Source of the DNA: Patescibacteria group bacterium
GTDB lineage: Bacteria; Patescibacteriota; Microgenomatia; UBA1400; PJMF01
DNA length: 64,000 nucleotides
Assembly (NCBI GenBank): GCA_016861205.1
Contig: BOKX01000001.1
Location: 456,539-520,538 of the forward strand
Direction: 5' to 3'
Positions 46,332 through 55,851 of the stretch are shown one piece after another; within the stretch, counting starts at the first letter, position 1, and every line of letters begins with the position of its first letter. The position numbers and the translations under genes are program-made. The notes beneath the pieces were generated by a model that saw nothing but the letters and a program-made list of their open reading frames with translations, did not search any database and had not been told where the DNA came from.

Positions 46332-47360
46332 CTACAGCTTCCTCGCCTTTCGGCGTAGTGACTCAAACCAATTAATGGGCTGGTATTTCCAGCTAATCGG
46401 CAAGTCGTGAGCGGGTACAAACTCAGTTACTTGCTCACTGAATCCAGTTTTAAACGTGGTCACCCCAGCAAACCGGTGATTGGGTTGATTCGGAGGGGCA
46501 ATACCCCACAGGTTATACCGCTGACATCCGCGCTCTTTGGCGCGCTGTATGACTGCCCATTGGCAGGCATATGAGCCGGGCAATTTACCGTTAGCAGCCG
46601 TCGAGGTCCCGTAGTGATACACCGCTTCTTGGTTGTAGTACAAGATAAATGCTGAGGCTAACCGCTCGCCATTCAGCTCTGCGTGGAACAACTCGACTTG
46701 GTCATCAGCAGCAAACGCCGCAAACTGTTTTGCCCAAAACTGATGACTAAACGGCACAAAGTTGTGTTTCTTAGCTAACGCCAATTGATCTTGGTACATC
46801 AGGTCAATGTCGGCGGGATCTGTCGAGCGCCGGACGGTAATCCCTTCTTTCTCAGCTCGGCGCACTTCATAACGAGTAGATTTTCGAAAACTGGCCATCA
46901 ACTCATCCAGTGACTTACTTAAATCAACAGTCACCGTAATGTCGGCAGTGACATGCATCGGCGAAGGTTTCGCACCCACTTCATTCAAGAGTGCTGCCAC
47001 TGTCGGTGAGTTGACCACTTGTGGCCGAAATCGAATAAAGTCGACCCGCTCAGCTTGGCCTAGGGAACGCAGATCGGTCATCACTCGATTGACCACCGCT
47101 GGCTGTGACCAATCCAGCAACGGGCCCCCAGCAATCGTCAGATAGGTACCACGCTTAGCGGTTTCTTTAACAGCGGATGCTACAGCGACTGGTCGGCTGT
47201 TCTCTTCCCATACTAATCGTGTCACTGGGTGGCCAAGTTGCTCATGAAAGACGCCCCAGTTCCACGACTGAAGAAAGTTGGCTTCGGGGTAGTGTTGGAC
47301 TACGTTCTCCCAGACAGCTTTGTCGGTAACAGGATTCGGTGGTGTGCTCATAGAACTCAT
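46332..47360 (-). CDS. FemABX-family peptidoglycan peptidyltransferase
   Basis: NFLQSWNWG, GPLLD, RYEVRRA, YNLWGI, GVTTFKTGF. Confidence 0.92.
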   Translation of the reverse strand: MSSMSTPPNPVTDKAVWENVVQHYPEANFLQSWNWGVFHEQLGHPVTRLVWEENSRPVAVASAVKETAKRGTYLTIAGGPLLDWSQPAVVNRVMTDLRSLGQAERVDFIRFRPQVVNSPTVAALLNEVGAKPSPMHVTADITVTVDLSKSLDELMASFRKSTRYEVRRAEKEGITVRRSTDPADIDLMYQDQLALAKKHNFVPFSHQFWAKQFAAFAADDQVELFHAELNGERLASAFILYYNQEAVYHYGTSTAANGKLPGSYACQWAVIQRAKERGCQRYNLWGIAPPNQPNHRFAGVTTFKTGFSEQVTEFVPAHDLPISWKYQPINWFESLRRKARKL

Positions 47361-47364
47361 ACCC

Positions 47365-48564
47365 TCACTCCTTCACGTTCGCTTTCAAAGCGGTTATTAC
47401 TCGGGTGGCTTGCTCCAAGCTGATGTGACCGTGGGTTGGTAAGTTAAATACTTTGGCCGCCAACTTTTCGGCGCGTGGGCAACTACCAGTCACATACGCA
47501 CTAGGTCGATTCAGTGACCCGCTATCAACTGGCACTCGGTACCAACGGTCGGTCAGGTAAATGCCCGATTTTTTTAGCTGTTTTGCTAACTGGTCTGGAT
47601 CATCTACCATGACTGGCCAACGGACCAACGAGCATGCTGCTGCTGGCACTCTTGACTGATGGATCGGAATCATTTTCAGCTCGTGCTGATAGAACTCACC
47701 AAGCAACAATCGATGTTCACGCTGTTGAGCCAAACTTCGCAACTGACCCAATACCATCGCTGCCAGCTGAACTGGCAAACTATGCATGGTGGTGGTTGGG
47801 CTGGCTACTGGCGAGCGCAGCAAACCAGTGGCGGTCGCTACTTTGAGGATGACTTTGCCGAGTCCCCAATCAAAAGTCGACCGAACACTCAGCACTACTG
47901 TCGGGTAAATAACGTCTCGCCACCAAGCTGACATCGGTGCGGGAGACAACATGGGCAGCTCTGTAGTAGGTTTGCGACGCAAAGCAGCCGCTCCACCGCT
48001 AACAGCATCAATAATTTTGTCACGACCGAACGAAAGAATCACTGCATCAGCCAACGAACCGACTGGCCGACCATCTTCATCGGTTGCTCCATAACCTTGA
48101 GCCAAGTCTTCAACCAGCACCAACTTGTGTTTGGCAGCCCAAGCGGCGAGCGGCTTCATAGTAGCTGGAATCCCGAGGGTGTGCTGTATCAAAACGAGTT
48201 TAGCTTTGGGTGCCTTGGCTAACGCTTTATCGAGTGTTTTGACATCTGGATTAAAACCATCAGAGCCTAAATCAACAAAGACAGGCTCTGCGCCTACCCG
48301 TGTAATTGCTTCTTCAATTGCGTGACAAGTAAAGGCTTGCGTTAGCACCTGATCACCAGCAGCCACCCCATATGCGCTCAGCACGTACTCGATAGCATCC
48401 CGACCTTTATACGTGAGTACAACCGTGGCGTCGAACTCCGCCTCCAACTTCTCTCGGAGTTCATCGAGCTGCGACTTCTGACTGTTGATCAACTGCCACA
48501 GCGCCAACCGAGCCAACTTCCATGAGTAGTTACCACCCAAGCTGCCAATTATTGCGGTAGTCAT
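47365..48564 (-). CDS. DegT/DnrJ/EryC1/StrS PLP-dependent aminotransferase
   Basis: QAFTC, GAEPVFVD, QHTLG, VEDLAQ, SFGRDK (PLP lysine), NLPTH. Confidence 0.88.
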   Translation of the reverse strand: MTTAIIGSLGGNYSWKLARLALWQLINSQKSQLDELREKLEAEFDATVVLTYKGRDAIEYVLSAYGVAAGDQVLTQAFTCHAIEEAITRVGAEPVFVDLGSDGFNPDVKTLDKALAKAPKAKLVLIQHTLGIPATMKPLAAWAAKHKLVLVEDLAQGYGATDEDGRPVGSLADAVILSFGRDKIIDAVSGGAAALRRKPTTELPMLSPAPMSAWWRDVIYPTVVLSVRSTFDWGLGKVILKVATATGLLRSPVASPTTTMHSLPVQLAAMVLGQLRSLAQQREHRLLLGEFYQHELKMIPIHQSRVPAAACSLVRWPVMVDDPDQLAKQLKKSGIYLTDRWYRVPVDSGSLNRPSAYVTGSCPRAEKLAAKVFNLPTHGHISLEQATRVITALKANVKE

Positions 48565-50045
48565 ACGTGTTTCAGACTTTCTAACAACCAGGCCGGCATC
48601 CGGCCTTCCAGTAACATTAGTACGGACTGTGAACCAGTTTGCAACTCTTGAACACGTGCCATCACCGCTGATCGGCTCGTACGGAGTGTCTCGCCAAACA
48701 CTGCCTCAAAATCACTTTGACCTGCTGCGCCTACATACCAAACTTCACACCCTAGGTTCTTGAGCTGCTGGGCTATGTTGGTGTGAATGTGACCAGACAT
48801 TGGCCCCAAGTCCACGATCCCACTAAATGCCACAACCGTAACTGCTGGCTGACGACGAGCTTGGAGTTCTTTTAGCAGCTCGATGGCTGCCTGAAAGCCC
48901 GCTGGATTCACGGCAAATCCATCATCGATGACGAGTCCGTGTTTCGTTGCCTCTGAGGTGATGAAGCGATTATTGGGCTTGAAGTCTCGCAACGCTGTAA
49001 CCACGACCTCTGCTGGAATCGCCAAGTGCTCGGCAACTGTTAAAGCCGCGCGCACGTTGACCTCGTAGTGACGACCAACTAGTCGGGTTTTAACAACTTC
49101 ACCATGCCACTTAAACTGCAGGTACCCTTGATCGTCGAGTCTAACGTCACTCAACTTCAGTTGGGCATCATCACCGGTGTAAGGCATAATCTTCGCACCC
49201 GACTCAGCTACTCCCACCTCAGCAATGCGAACTGCCCCAGCATCTGCAGCATGGCAAAAAACCAATCCTTCTGGTGGTAACGCCGCTGCTAGCTCACCTT
49301 CAGCTGCCAAGATGTTTTCAATCGAACCAAATAAACTCAAGTGCTGTTCAGTAAATCCGGTCTCCACCGCTAACTGGGGCGGAAAGTATGAAGCTAACTC
49401 AGCGATCTCACCTCGTTTGTAGGTACCATACTCGATGAGCATGATTGGCTCGCCATGGTAATTTTGCAAAATACTCCGGGCTACTGAGTACCGAGTGTTA
49501 TACGAATATGGCGTCACGAAACAAGGTTTCCAAGCTTTGATAACTTGGTGTAGTAGGTGTTTCGTTGTCGTTTTGCCATAACACCCACCAATGCCAATAA
49601 TCAGCGGTTGATGCTGCTTAACTAAGCGAGCTGCTAAGCGTAACTGTGACAGAATCACCAACTCGCTGACCACAGCCGTAGGTACCAAAGCCAAAACAAT
49701 CACACCTGGCAATACCAGATACACTACAATTGCCACGAACCATAAAGCCCATACGCCACTCAACAAATAACTCGTGCCTAAACCCAGACTCACGATCATC
49801 CCGCTTAAAACCGCCACGGTTAGTACTCGAAAAGTAATCCGCGGACGTTTCAGCCCTCGCCGAGAAAAGTCGCTGAGTTGCGGCCACCAGCGCCGCAGTT
49901 CTTGACCAGCCTCATCAGTTTTAAGCCAACTAACTAAGCGGTCAAGTCGGTACTCCTTTTGTTGGGCGAACGCCAACCAGCGTAACCAGCGAATAACGGC
50001 TAGCATAGCCAAAGGAAATAGCGTCAAACTGAGCAACCACACCAT
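48561..50045 (-). CDS. Membrane-anchored MurF-like Mur ligase
   Basis: N-terminal TMs; GCYGKTTTK, SYNT, IEYGTYKRGEI, QHLSLFGS, IDD..NP. Confidence 0.82.
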   Translation of the reverse strand: MVWLLSLTLFPLAMLAVIRWLRWLAFAQQKEYRLDRLVSWLKTDEAGQELRRWWPQLSDFSRRGLKRPRITFRVLTVAVLSGMIVSLGLGTSYLLSGVWALWFVAIVVYLVLPGVIVLALVPTAVVSELVILSQLRLAARLVKQHQPLIIGIGGCYGKTTTKHLLHQVIKAWKPCFVTPYSYNTRYSVARSILQNYHGEPIMLIEYGTYKRGEIAELASYFPPQLAVETGFTEQHLSLFGSIENILAAEGELAAALPPEGLVFCHAADAGAVRIAEVGVAESGAKIMPYTGDDAQLKLSDVRLDDQGYLQFKWHGEVVKTRLVGRHYEVNVRAALTVAEHLAIPAEVVVTALRDFKPNNRFITSEATKHGLVIDDGFAVNPAGFQAAIELLKELQARRQPAVTVVAFSGIVDLGPMSGHIHTNIAQQLKNLGCEVWYVGAAGQSDFEAVFGETLRTSRSAVMARVQELQTGSQSVLMLLEGRMPAWLLESLKHV

Positions 50046-50107
50046 ACTGGGTCTATTCTAGGGGATTTCAGGACAACTCACCAGGTCTAGAGTTCGCTGT
50101 GCTCGCA

Positions 50108-50818
50108 TTAACCAAGCCACTGCTTTATAAGCTTGGCCACCTGATGTGAATGGCTGTAGTGTGGCGAGTGGCGCGCTTTTGGAATCAACTGTAAATCACT
50201 GTCTGCAATCAGGTTTTGATACCTCCTAGCGATTTTTGTAGGCGTAACTCGATCTTGTTCGCCCCAGATCAGGAGCGTGGGCACATGGAGGGCGGCTGCC
50301 TCATCAATCACTTCTTGGTCCAAAATTAATGACATAGTCCGACGCAACAGCGGCGGCGCGTTCAGATAGTCTCGCTCTCGAGCCAGCTTGTACAGAAGTT
50401 GGCGTGCTATTGGCACATCAAAGAATATTTTGCCAATTTTGGCAGCTACCCAAAACCCAGCCCTTTTGACCTTAGCTTTCAGCGACCAGTCGCGAATGCC
50501 TGAAGATGCTACCAAAATTAAGTGGGCAATTTGTCGGGGGTGGGTGGCCGCGTAGCGAATAGCCAGCTGACCACCAAATGAGTGACCCAATAAAATAACA
50601 TCACGCTTACCCTTGAGTTTGGTCTCCAACCAGCGCACATAGTCATCGAGTTCCCAAACTTCATGCAACGGCGAGCTGAGCCCAGGCAAGCCCAAAAAAA
50701 CCGGCCGGTACCCCAGGTTCTCCAACTCCCGCATAAATGGCAACCACTTCAGTTCATTATTTTTATCAACTGACCAGCCATGGAGTAAAAAAATATCGTG
50801 TCGTTCTTTGCCTGACAT
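50108..50818 (-). CDS. Alpha/beta hydrolase
   Basis: LLHGW, GHSFGG, LIWGEQD, ARHSPH. Confidence 0.92.
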   Translation of the reverse strand: MSGKERHDIFLLHGWSVDKNNELKWLPFMRELENLGYRPVFLGLPGLSSPLHEVWELDDYVRWLETKLKGKRDVILLGHSFGGQLAIRYAATHPRQIAHLILVASSGIRDWSLKAKVKRAGFWVAAKIGKIFFDVPIARQLLYKLARERDYLNAPPLLRRTMSLILDQEVIDEAAALHVPTLLIWGEQDRVTPTKIARRYQNLIADSDLQLIPKARHSPHYSHSHQVAKLIKQWLG

Positions 50819-50984
50819 ATGAACTTATTGCCAAACTCGCTTTTGTAATGAAACAGAGATAGTTCGAGCTAAACAGGTTGTTTCTTGGCGAAGGACTAGC
50901 TGAACTAATTCGAGACAAGAAACAACCTGTTTAGCCGAAGTAGCTCCTGTTGGAATAGAAATGGAGTTTGGTAATAAGTTCATA
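50818..50984. repeat. 167-nt long imperfect inverted repeat (MITE-like element or rod-shaped ncRNA)
   Basis: Outer TATGAACTTATTGCCAAACTC/GAGTTTGGTAATAAGTTCATA (20 of 21 Watson-Crick, one G-T); inner perfect GCTAAACAGGTTGTTTCTTG/CAAGAAACAACCTGTTTAGC. Confidence 0.85.
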
Positions 50985-50992
50985 AGGTTATT

Positions 50993-52228
50993 CTAGACCA
51001 TCTTTTTGAGGAAATATAGCAAACCCAGATGTGATAAACCCATTACCAGCATCATCACTCGCATCGCCACCGCCAAATCAAAAATGGTACTCACCAACCC
51101 AAACACCAGTACGCCCCCAATTCGACCCACGTTCAGAAACAACTCTCGATCAGCTACATAGGCATAGTTGGTAGTGGGATCGCCCTCATCTTGATGTTCA
51201 ATTGCCTGCTCTGCAATCGGACTACTAGCCAACCAGCACCAATGAATCAGTGCGTCGGCCACGAGCAGGTACATTAGCACCGCTGCCCCATTAAAGAGCG
51301 CACTCACCAACAACATAGTAACCAGCAGCACTATATATCCAGCCTGAGCATAGTGATACCGCTGGTGGACTTTGACCTGCCGACCCAACCAGTACAATAG
51401 CCCGGCTGAAATCAAGGCGGCCAATGATTGTGTCGTCCCCAATATCCCCTCTTCACCCAAGAATTGAAAAACCAACAAGGCAGGTAAAAAGAGATCTATA
51501 CCATTTCGGATACCCCGCCAAACTTCAACCCACCGAGCTGCTTGCCAAGTTCGTGATGGGTTGGTTACCCAGATTTTAGAAACAGTCGGTTGTGAAAACC
51601 CTGTCCTGACCACCCAGGTGGCCATCAAACTTAACACGACAACTGCTCCCAACCCCAACCATTGATAGGCCTGATCGACTGTGCCCCAGCCAATCAGCTC
51701 AGCCCCTTTAATAAACCATCCAACCACAAAGGGCGTCACCACCGTCGCCAGAGTCACCAACATCATCTCGATCCCCATAAAAAAATTGCGATGACTATCT
51801 GTGGTCGTCTCGATGCGCAAAAAGTTACGATTTGACCAGTACCAGCCCCATAGGATACCTTGCACGGCCCCAATCCCGATTAACTGCCACCAACTCTGCC
51901 AGGAAAACCAGAACAGCATCAAAACGACTAACGGTTGACCAATAATCCCAAGCCCATATAACCACTGAATTTTGACTCGCCTGAGTAACCAGCCATTTAC
52001 AAAAAAAGTTGCTGGCAAACTGACAAAAATACCCAAGTTGTATAAGGCAACGTACCAAGTTTGATCGAGACGCCTCAGCAAAAATGAGTTTACAAATGTG
52101 TGCAAAATGGGGTACATGAACTCATACACGGTGATCGATGCTAACAAGGCACGGGCTCTGTCAGATAGTTGTTGCCAATGCTGGTACTCGGTAACCACCA
52201 GATCTCGGATGCGGCTAGTCAAAAACAT
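50993..52228 (-). CDS. MFS-like transporter
   Basis: About 12 TMs in two halves; RELFLNVGR. Confidence 0.78.
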   Translation of the reverse strand: MFLTSRIRDLVVTEYQHWQQLSDRARALLASITVYEFMYPILHTFVNSFLLRRLDQTWYVALYNLGIFVSLPATFFVNGWLLRRVKIQWLYGLGIIGQPLVVLMLFWFSWQSWWQLIGIGAVQGILWGWYWSNRNFLRIETTTDSHRNFFMGIEMMLVTLATVVTPFVVGWFIKGAELIGWGTVDQAYQWLGLGAVVVLSLMATWVVRTGFSQPTVSKIWVTNPSRTWQAARWVEVWRGIRNGIDLFLPALLVFQFLGEEGILGTTQSLAALISAGLLYWLGRQVKVHQRYHYAQAGYIVLLVTMLLVSALFNGAAVLMYLLVADALIHWCWLASSPIAEQAIEHQDEGDPTTNYAYVADRELFLNVGRIGGVLVFGLVSTIFDLAVAMRVMMLVMGLSHLGLLYFLKKMV

Positions 52229-52237
52229 ACTCGGGCA

Positions 52238-52245
52238 ATTATACT
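52238..52245. promoter_or_regulatory. Overlapping divergent -10 elements
   Basis: ATTATACT gives minus TATAAT and plus TATACT, each 9 nt from its ATG (52228 and 52255). Confidence 0.55.
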
Positions 52246-52254
52246 AGGTGACGT

Positions 52255-52944
52255 ATGAAGACACCCACACGGTTTGCCATCACCACGGTAGCAGTTCTCG
52301 GCTCAAGTCTAGTATTGGCCGCGTGCGGCGGCGTGCAGCTGCAGTCACAAGGTGAGGTACCACTCCAGTTGTATAATCAAAACTCGCCGGTACCCAACCA
52401 GCCAACCAGTCAGCAAGTAAAAAAAGAAACGACGCAACCTGCAACGGCTCAGAAAGGCCAGATGAAAACACTCAATGACTTTAAACCTATTGAAGCCACC
52501 GAAGTGACTTTGACCACTACAAAAGGTGATATTGTTTTTACACTTTATCGAGAACAAGCACCATTAACTACTGCTAATTTCCTCGACTTAGCCAGTCAAA
52601 AGTTTTACGACGGAGTGGTTTTCCACCGAGTTATTCCAGACTTTATGGCCCAGGTTGGAGATCCTTTGAGTAAAGATGAAGCTCAGAAGGCTCGCTGGGG
52701 TACTGGCGGCCCAGGCTACAGTATTGCTGATGAGTTTTCACCAGATTTAAAACATGACAGTGAAGGTGTGGTATCGATGGCAAACGCTGGTCCCAATACC
52801 GGTGGCAGTCAATTCTTTATCACCTACGAAGCGACGCCTTGGCTAGATGGCAAGCATGCCGTCTTTGGCAAAGTGACCAAAGGGATGGATGTTCTCAGAT
52901 CTATCACGATCGGTGACAAGATTACTTCAGTCAGCTACCGCTAA
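52255..52944 (+). CDS. Cyclophilin-type peptidyl-prolyl isomerase, lipoprotein
   Basis: Lipobox LAAC; FYDGVVFHRVIPDFMAQ, SMANAGPNTGGSQFFI, WLDGKHAVFG. Confidence 0.95.
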   Translation: MKTPTRFAITTVAVLGSSLVLAACGGVQLQSQGEVPLQLYNQNSPVPNQPTSQQVKKETTQPATAQKGQMKTLNDFKPIEATEVTLTTTKGDIVFTLYREQAPLTTANFLDLASQKFYDGVVFHRVIPDFMAQVGDPLSKDEAQKARWGTGGPGYSIADEFSPDLKHDSEGVVSMANAGPNTGGSQFFITYEATPWLDGKHAVFGKVTKGMDVLRSITIGDKITSVSYR

Positions 52945-54502
52945 TCAGTCGACTCGGGTGCGAGTAGGACTTGGTGTCATAGCCAGCTTAGCCGTGGTGT
53001 TGGCGTGGCAACTTGGGCCAACAATCATACAGGCCGCCCGGTTGGTGGCAATCGGTCCTCAGTGCCGGCAAGCGTTTACAACACAAACTGACTTAACTCT
53101 CGAGCCTGACGTATCACTATCTCGCTGTGTATCGAGACTGCAAAGCTTGGCAATCACTATCGATCGATCAGCAATGTTGCGACCGGTAGCAGTGATGGCT
53201 GGTAGCTATTATTTACAGTTACCAACAGAAACCATTAGTCATCTCTTGACTCAAGCGCCGAGTGACTTAGGCATAATCCAACGTGAACTCTTAACCGGCG
53301 ATCGTCGCTACGCAGTCCTGCTTCAAAATAGCGATGAACTCCGTGCTACCGGTGGTTTTGCCGGTTCACTGGCTACCCTAGAACTCCATCACGGTCAAGC
53401 GGTTGGCATCACCGTCTACGACATCTTTGCTCCAGCCGGGCAGTTTACGGGCTATCGAGAACCACCACCAGGAGTAAAAGAGTACTTGAGTGGCGGGGAA
53501 ACCTGGCGACTGCAGGATGCCAACTGGTCACCAGACTTCCCCATGAGCGCTCAAACAGTCCTCAGTTTTTTGGGTGAAAGTGGCTGGCCAGCTATCGACG
53601 GAGTGGTCGGTGTTAACTTGATCTTCATCGAGAAAGTTTTGGCCATCGTGGGACCAGTTTGGCTGCCCGACTATCATCAATTGGTAACAGCTGAAAATTT
53701 AGCTGAGCTGGCCCGTTCAGATCGAGCTAGTTTCTTCCCTGGCTCATATCAAAAAGCTCAGTTTTTGCAAAGCTTAAGTACGCATCTTCGACTCAAACTT
53801 AGTACGTTGACGACTGACCAGTACCGGCGTTTGTTAAAGTTGTTCTTGACTGGCCGGTTGGCCAAGGACTGGCAAGTCTACAGCCATCAGCCTGAGCTGG
53901 AAACCGTTTGGCAAAATTGGGGGTTGGCCGGCGCTTGGGGACCTCTCGTCCAAGATGATGACGTCATGCCGTTTGCTTGGATTGAGTCGAACGTTGGCAT
54001 TAACAAAGCGAATCGCCGCATTGGCAGAACAATTCAGCTGGAAAAAAACCAGCAATCGCTGCAGGTTAGCGCCACCATCACCAACACCAATAGTCCGAGT
54101 AATCGGCCTCTGGTATCTGAGGATATGCCAAACCAACCGAGTGCCACCGTCGCTGCCCAAAGCCGAACCGGTCACTACGTCAACTATCAACGTGTCTGGG
54201 TGCCAGCCACCACCGAGGTGACTTCCTTGCTGCTCAACCAAGTTCCTCAATCCCAGTGGCATGAGCTCGTGCTGACTACCACGAACGGTTATCAAGTCAA
54301 AGAAATAGGTTGGGTAATGACTGTCAGTGAAGACTCACAGGCCACAGTTGAGCTTAACCTGAAACTATCTGAACCAGCCGCCCACAGCGCCCGCCTGTGG
54401 CTCTGGAAACAACCCGGCACTGCGCCGACTACATACTCCGTTACTTCCCCACCTCATTCCCAGCGCTTCGAGTTGGTAACCGATCAATTCGTGAACTGGT
54501 AA
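52889..54502 (+). CDS. DUF4012 domain-containing protein
   Basis: YAVLLQNSDELRATGGFAGS, DANWSPDFP, SNVGINKAN, NYQRVWVP; start uncertain. Confidence 0.85.
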   Translation: MFSDLSRSVTRLLQSATANQSTRVRVGLGVIASLAVVLAWQLGPTIIQAARLVAIGPQCRQAFTTQTDLTLEPDVSLSRCVSRLQSLAITIDRSAMLRPVAVMAGSYYLQLPTETISHLLTQAPSDLGIIQRELLTGDRRYAVLLQNSDELRATGGFAGSLATLELHHGQAVGITVYDIFAPAGQFTGYREPPPGVKEYLSGGETWRLQDANWSPDFPMSAQTVLSFLGESGWPAIDGVVGVNLIFIEKVLAIVGPVWLPDYHQLVTAENLAELARSDRASFFPGSYQKAQFLQSLSTHLRLKLSTLTTDQYRRLLKLFLTGRLAKDWQVYSHQPELETVWQNWGLAGAWGPLVQDDDVMPFAWIESNVGINKANRRIGRTIQLEKNQQSLQVSATITNTNSPSNRPLVSEDMPNQPSATVAAQSRTGHYVNYQRVWVPATTEVTSLLLNQVPQSQWHELVLTTTNGYQVKEIGWVMTVSEDSQATVELNLKLSEPAAHSARLWLWKQPGTAPTTYSVTSPPHSQRFELVTDQFVNW

Positions 54503-54526
54503 CCAGGCTGGTGATACAATTACTTG

Positions 54527-55633
54527 ATGTCAGAACTCGATCCCCAAGTCCTCCTCGACCAAGCCCAAACCGTTTTGGCCGCCAGTTCCCTTGTGGAGTT
54601 GCAACAGACACAAACTCAACTTCATGCTGAAACACTCGCACCAGGCTTTTGGTCTCGACCAGATGCCCAAGCGATCATGCAAAACTTAGCTACCACCGAG
54701 CAGCGGCTGCGTGAACTGGATGAACTTCAAAAACTACGCGACGATGTCCAAGCTTCTCAAGCCTTGTTAGCGGAACTAAGTGCCCAAGCCGAAGACTCAA
54801 CCGACAATCAAGCACTCAACCAAGAACTCACTACCCTGTTACCCAAGCTTGCCAAGTCAATTGCAGCCGTCGAGTTAACTCAGTTCTTGGCTGGTAAGTA
54901 CGATAGTTACGGTGCAATCGTCTCATTTCATTCTGGCCAAGGCGGGACTGAAGCCATGGACTGGGCGGACATGGTTCGTCGGATGTATCTTCGCTACTTT
55001 GAGAAAAAGGGCTGGAAATACCAGTTTATTTCAGAATCAAGAGGTGAAGAAGCCGGCATCAAAGCAGCCGTGTACGAGGTCACTGCTCCTTATGCCTATG
55101 GCTACCTCAAGTATGAGCGTGGCACCCATCGCCTGGTGCGCCTTAGCCCCTTCAACGCCGATAGTTTGCGGCAAACATCGTTTGCATTGGTAGAAGTGCT
55201 GCCATTAATTCCGGCTGACAGTGGCGAAGTTGAGCTTAAAGAAGCTGAGTTGTCATGGCATTTTACCCGGGCTGGCGGAGCTGGTGGTCAAAACGTCAAT
55301 AAAGTGAACACTGCAGTCGAGCTCACCCATTTACCGACAGGCATTGTCGTTCGTTGTCGAGAAGAACGCTCACAAGCACAAAACAAAGCCAGGGCGCTGC
55401 AGCTCCTCAAAGCCCAACTGGCCCAACAAGAAGACGAGAAACAACAAGCTGAGTTGGCCAAAGTCAAAGGCACCCATAGTCATGCCAGTTGGGGAAACCA
55501 GATTCGCAACTATGTTTTGCATCCTTATCACTTGGTTAAAGACACACGGACTGAGGTTGAGTCGACTGATACCGACGCCGTACTCGACGGGGATCTTGAC
55601 CAGTTTATTCAGGCAGAAATCAAGGCACTCTAA
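54527..55633 (+). CDS. prfB: Peptide chain release factor 2
   Basis: SPF tripeptide (LVRLSPFNA), [21 protein letters not shown]. Confidence 0.96.
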   Translation: MSELDPQVLLDQAQTVLAASSLVELQQTQTQLHAETLAPGFWSRPDAQAIMQNLATTEQRLRELDELQKLRDDVQASQALLAELSAQAEDSTDNQALNQELTTLLPKLAKSIAAVELTQFLAGKYDSYGAIVSFHSGQGGTEAMDWADMVRRMYLRYFEKKGWKYQFISESRGEEAGIKAAVYEVTAPYAYGYLKYERGTHRLVRLSPFNADSLRQTSFALVEVLPLIPADSGEVELKEAELSWHFTRAGGAGGQNVNKVNTAVELTHLPTGIVVRCREERSQAQNKARALQLLKAQLAQQEDEKQQAELAKVKGTHSHASWGNQIRNYVLHPYHLVKDTRTEVESTDTDAVLDGDLDQFIQAEIKAL

Positions 55634-55661
55634 AATCCTGTTCCGTTGTCAACTTCGCGTA

Positions 55662-55833
55662 AACTCAAGTTATGGAAAGGTTTCACCAGTTTGTCACAAG
55701 CCTCTGATTGCCGATAACATGACCATATTTAACCTGCAAGATCCTAGAGGCAATCAGCGGAATCTGGAGGCAGGGCCAGATGTCTTGTGACAAACTGGTG
55801 AGCCGCAATTTCGGGTAGTCGCACGGCTGAGTT
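55662..55833. ncRNA. Candidate structured RNA (multi-branch fold closed by an 18-bp perfect helix)
   Basis: TCACCAGTTTGTCACAAG/CTTGTGACAAACTGGTGA encloses CTGATTGCC/GGCAATCAG and ATCTGG/CCAGAT; outer AACTCA/TGAGTT. Confidence 0.45.
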
Positions 55834-55851
55834 ATGTAGTATGATTGACTT

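Noticed and set aside
54521-54530. CTTGA near the prfB start as a frameshift site
   Set aside because: It is not CTT-TGA, and there is no upstream ORF or internal SD.
55662-55833. Identification as SRP RNA, tmRNA, RNase P or a known riboswitch
   Set aside because: Hallmark sequences such as the SRP domain IV loop, tRNA-like ends and GAGGAAAGUCC are absent on both strands.
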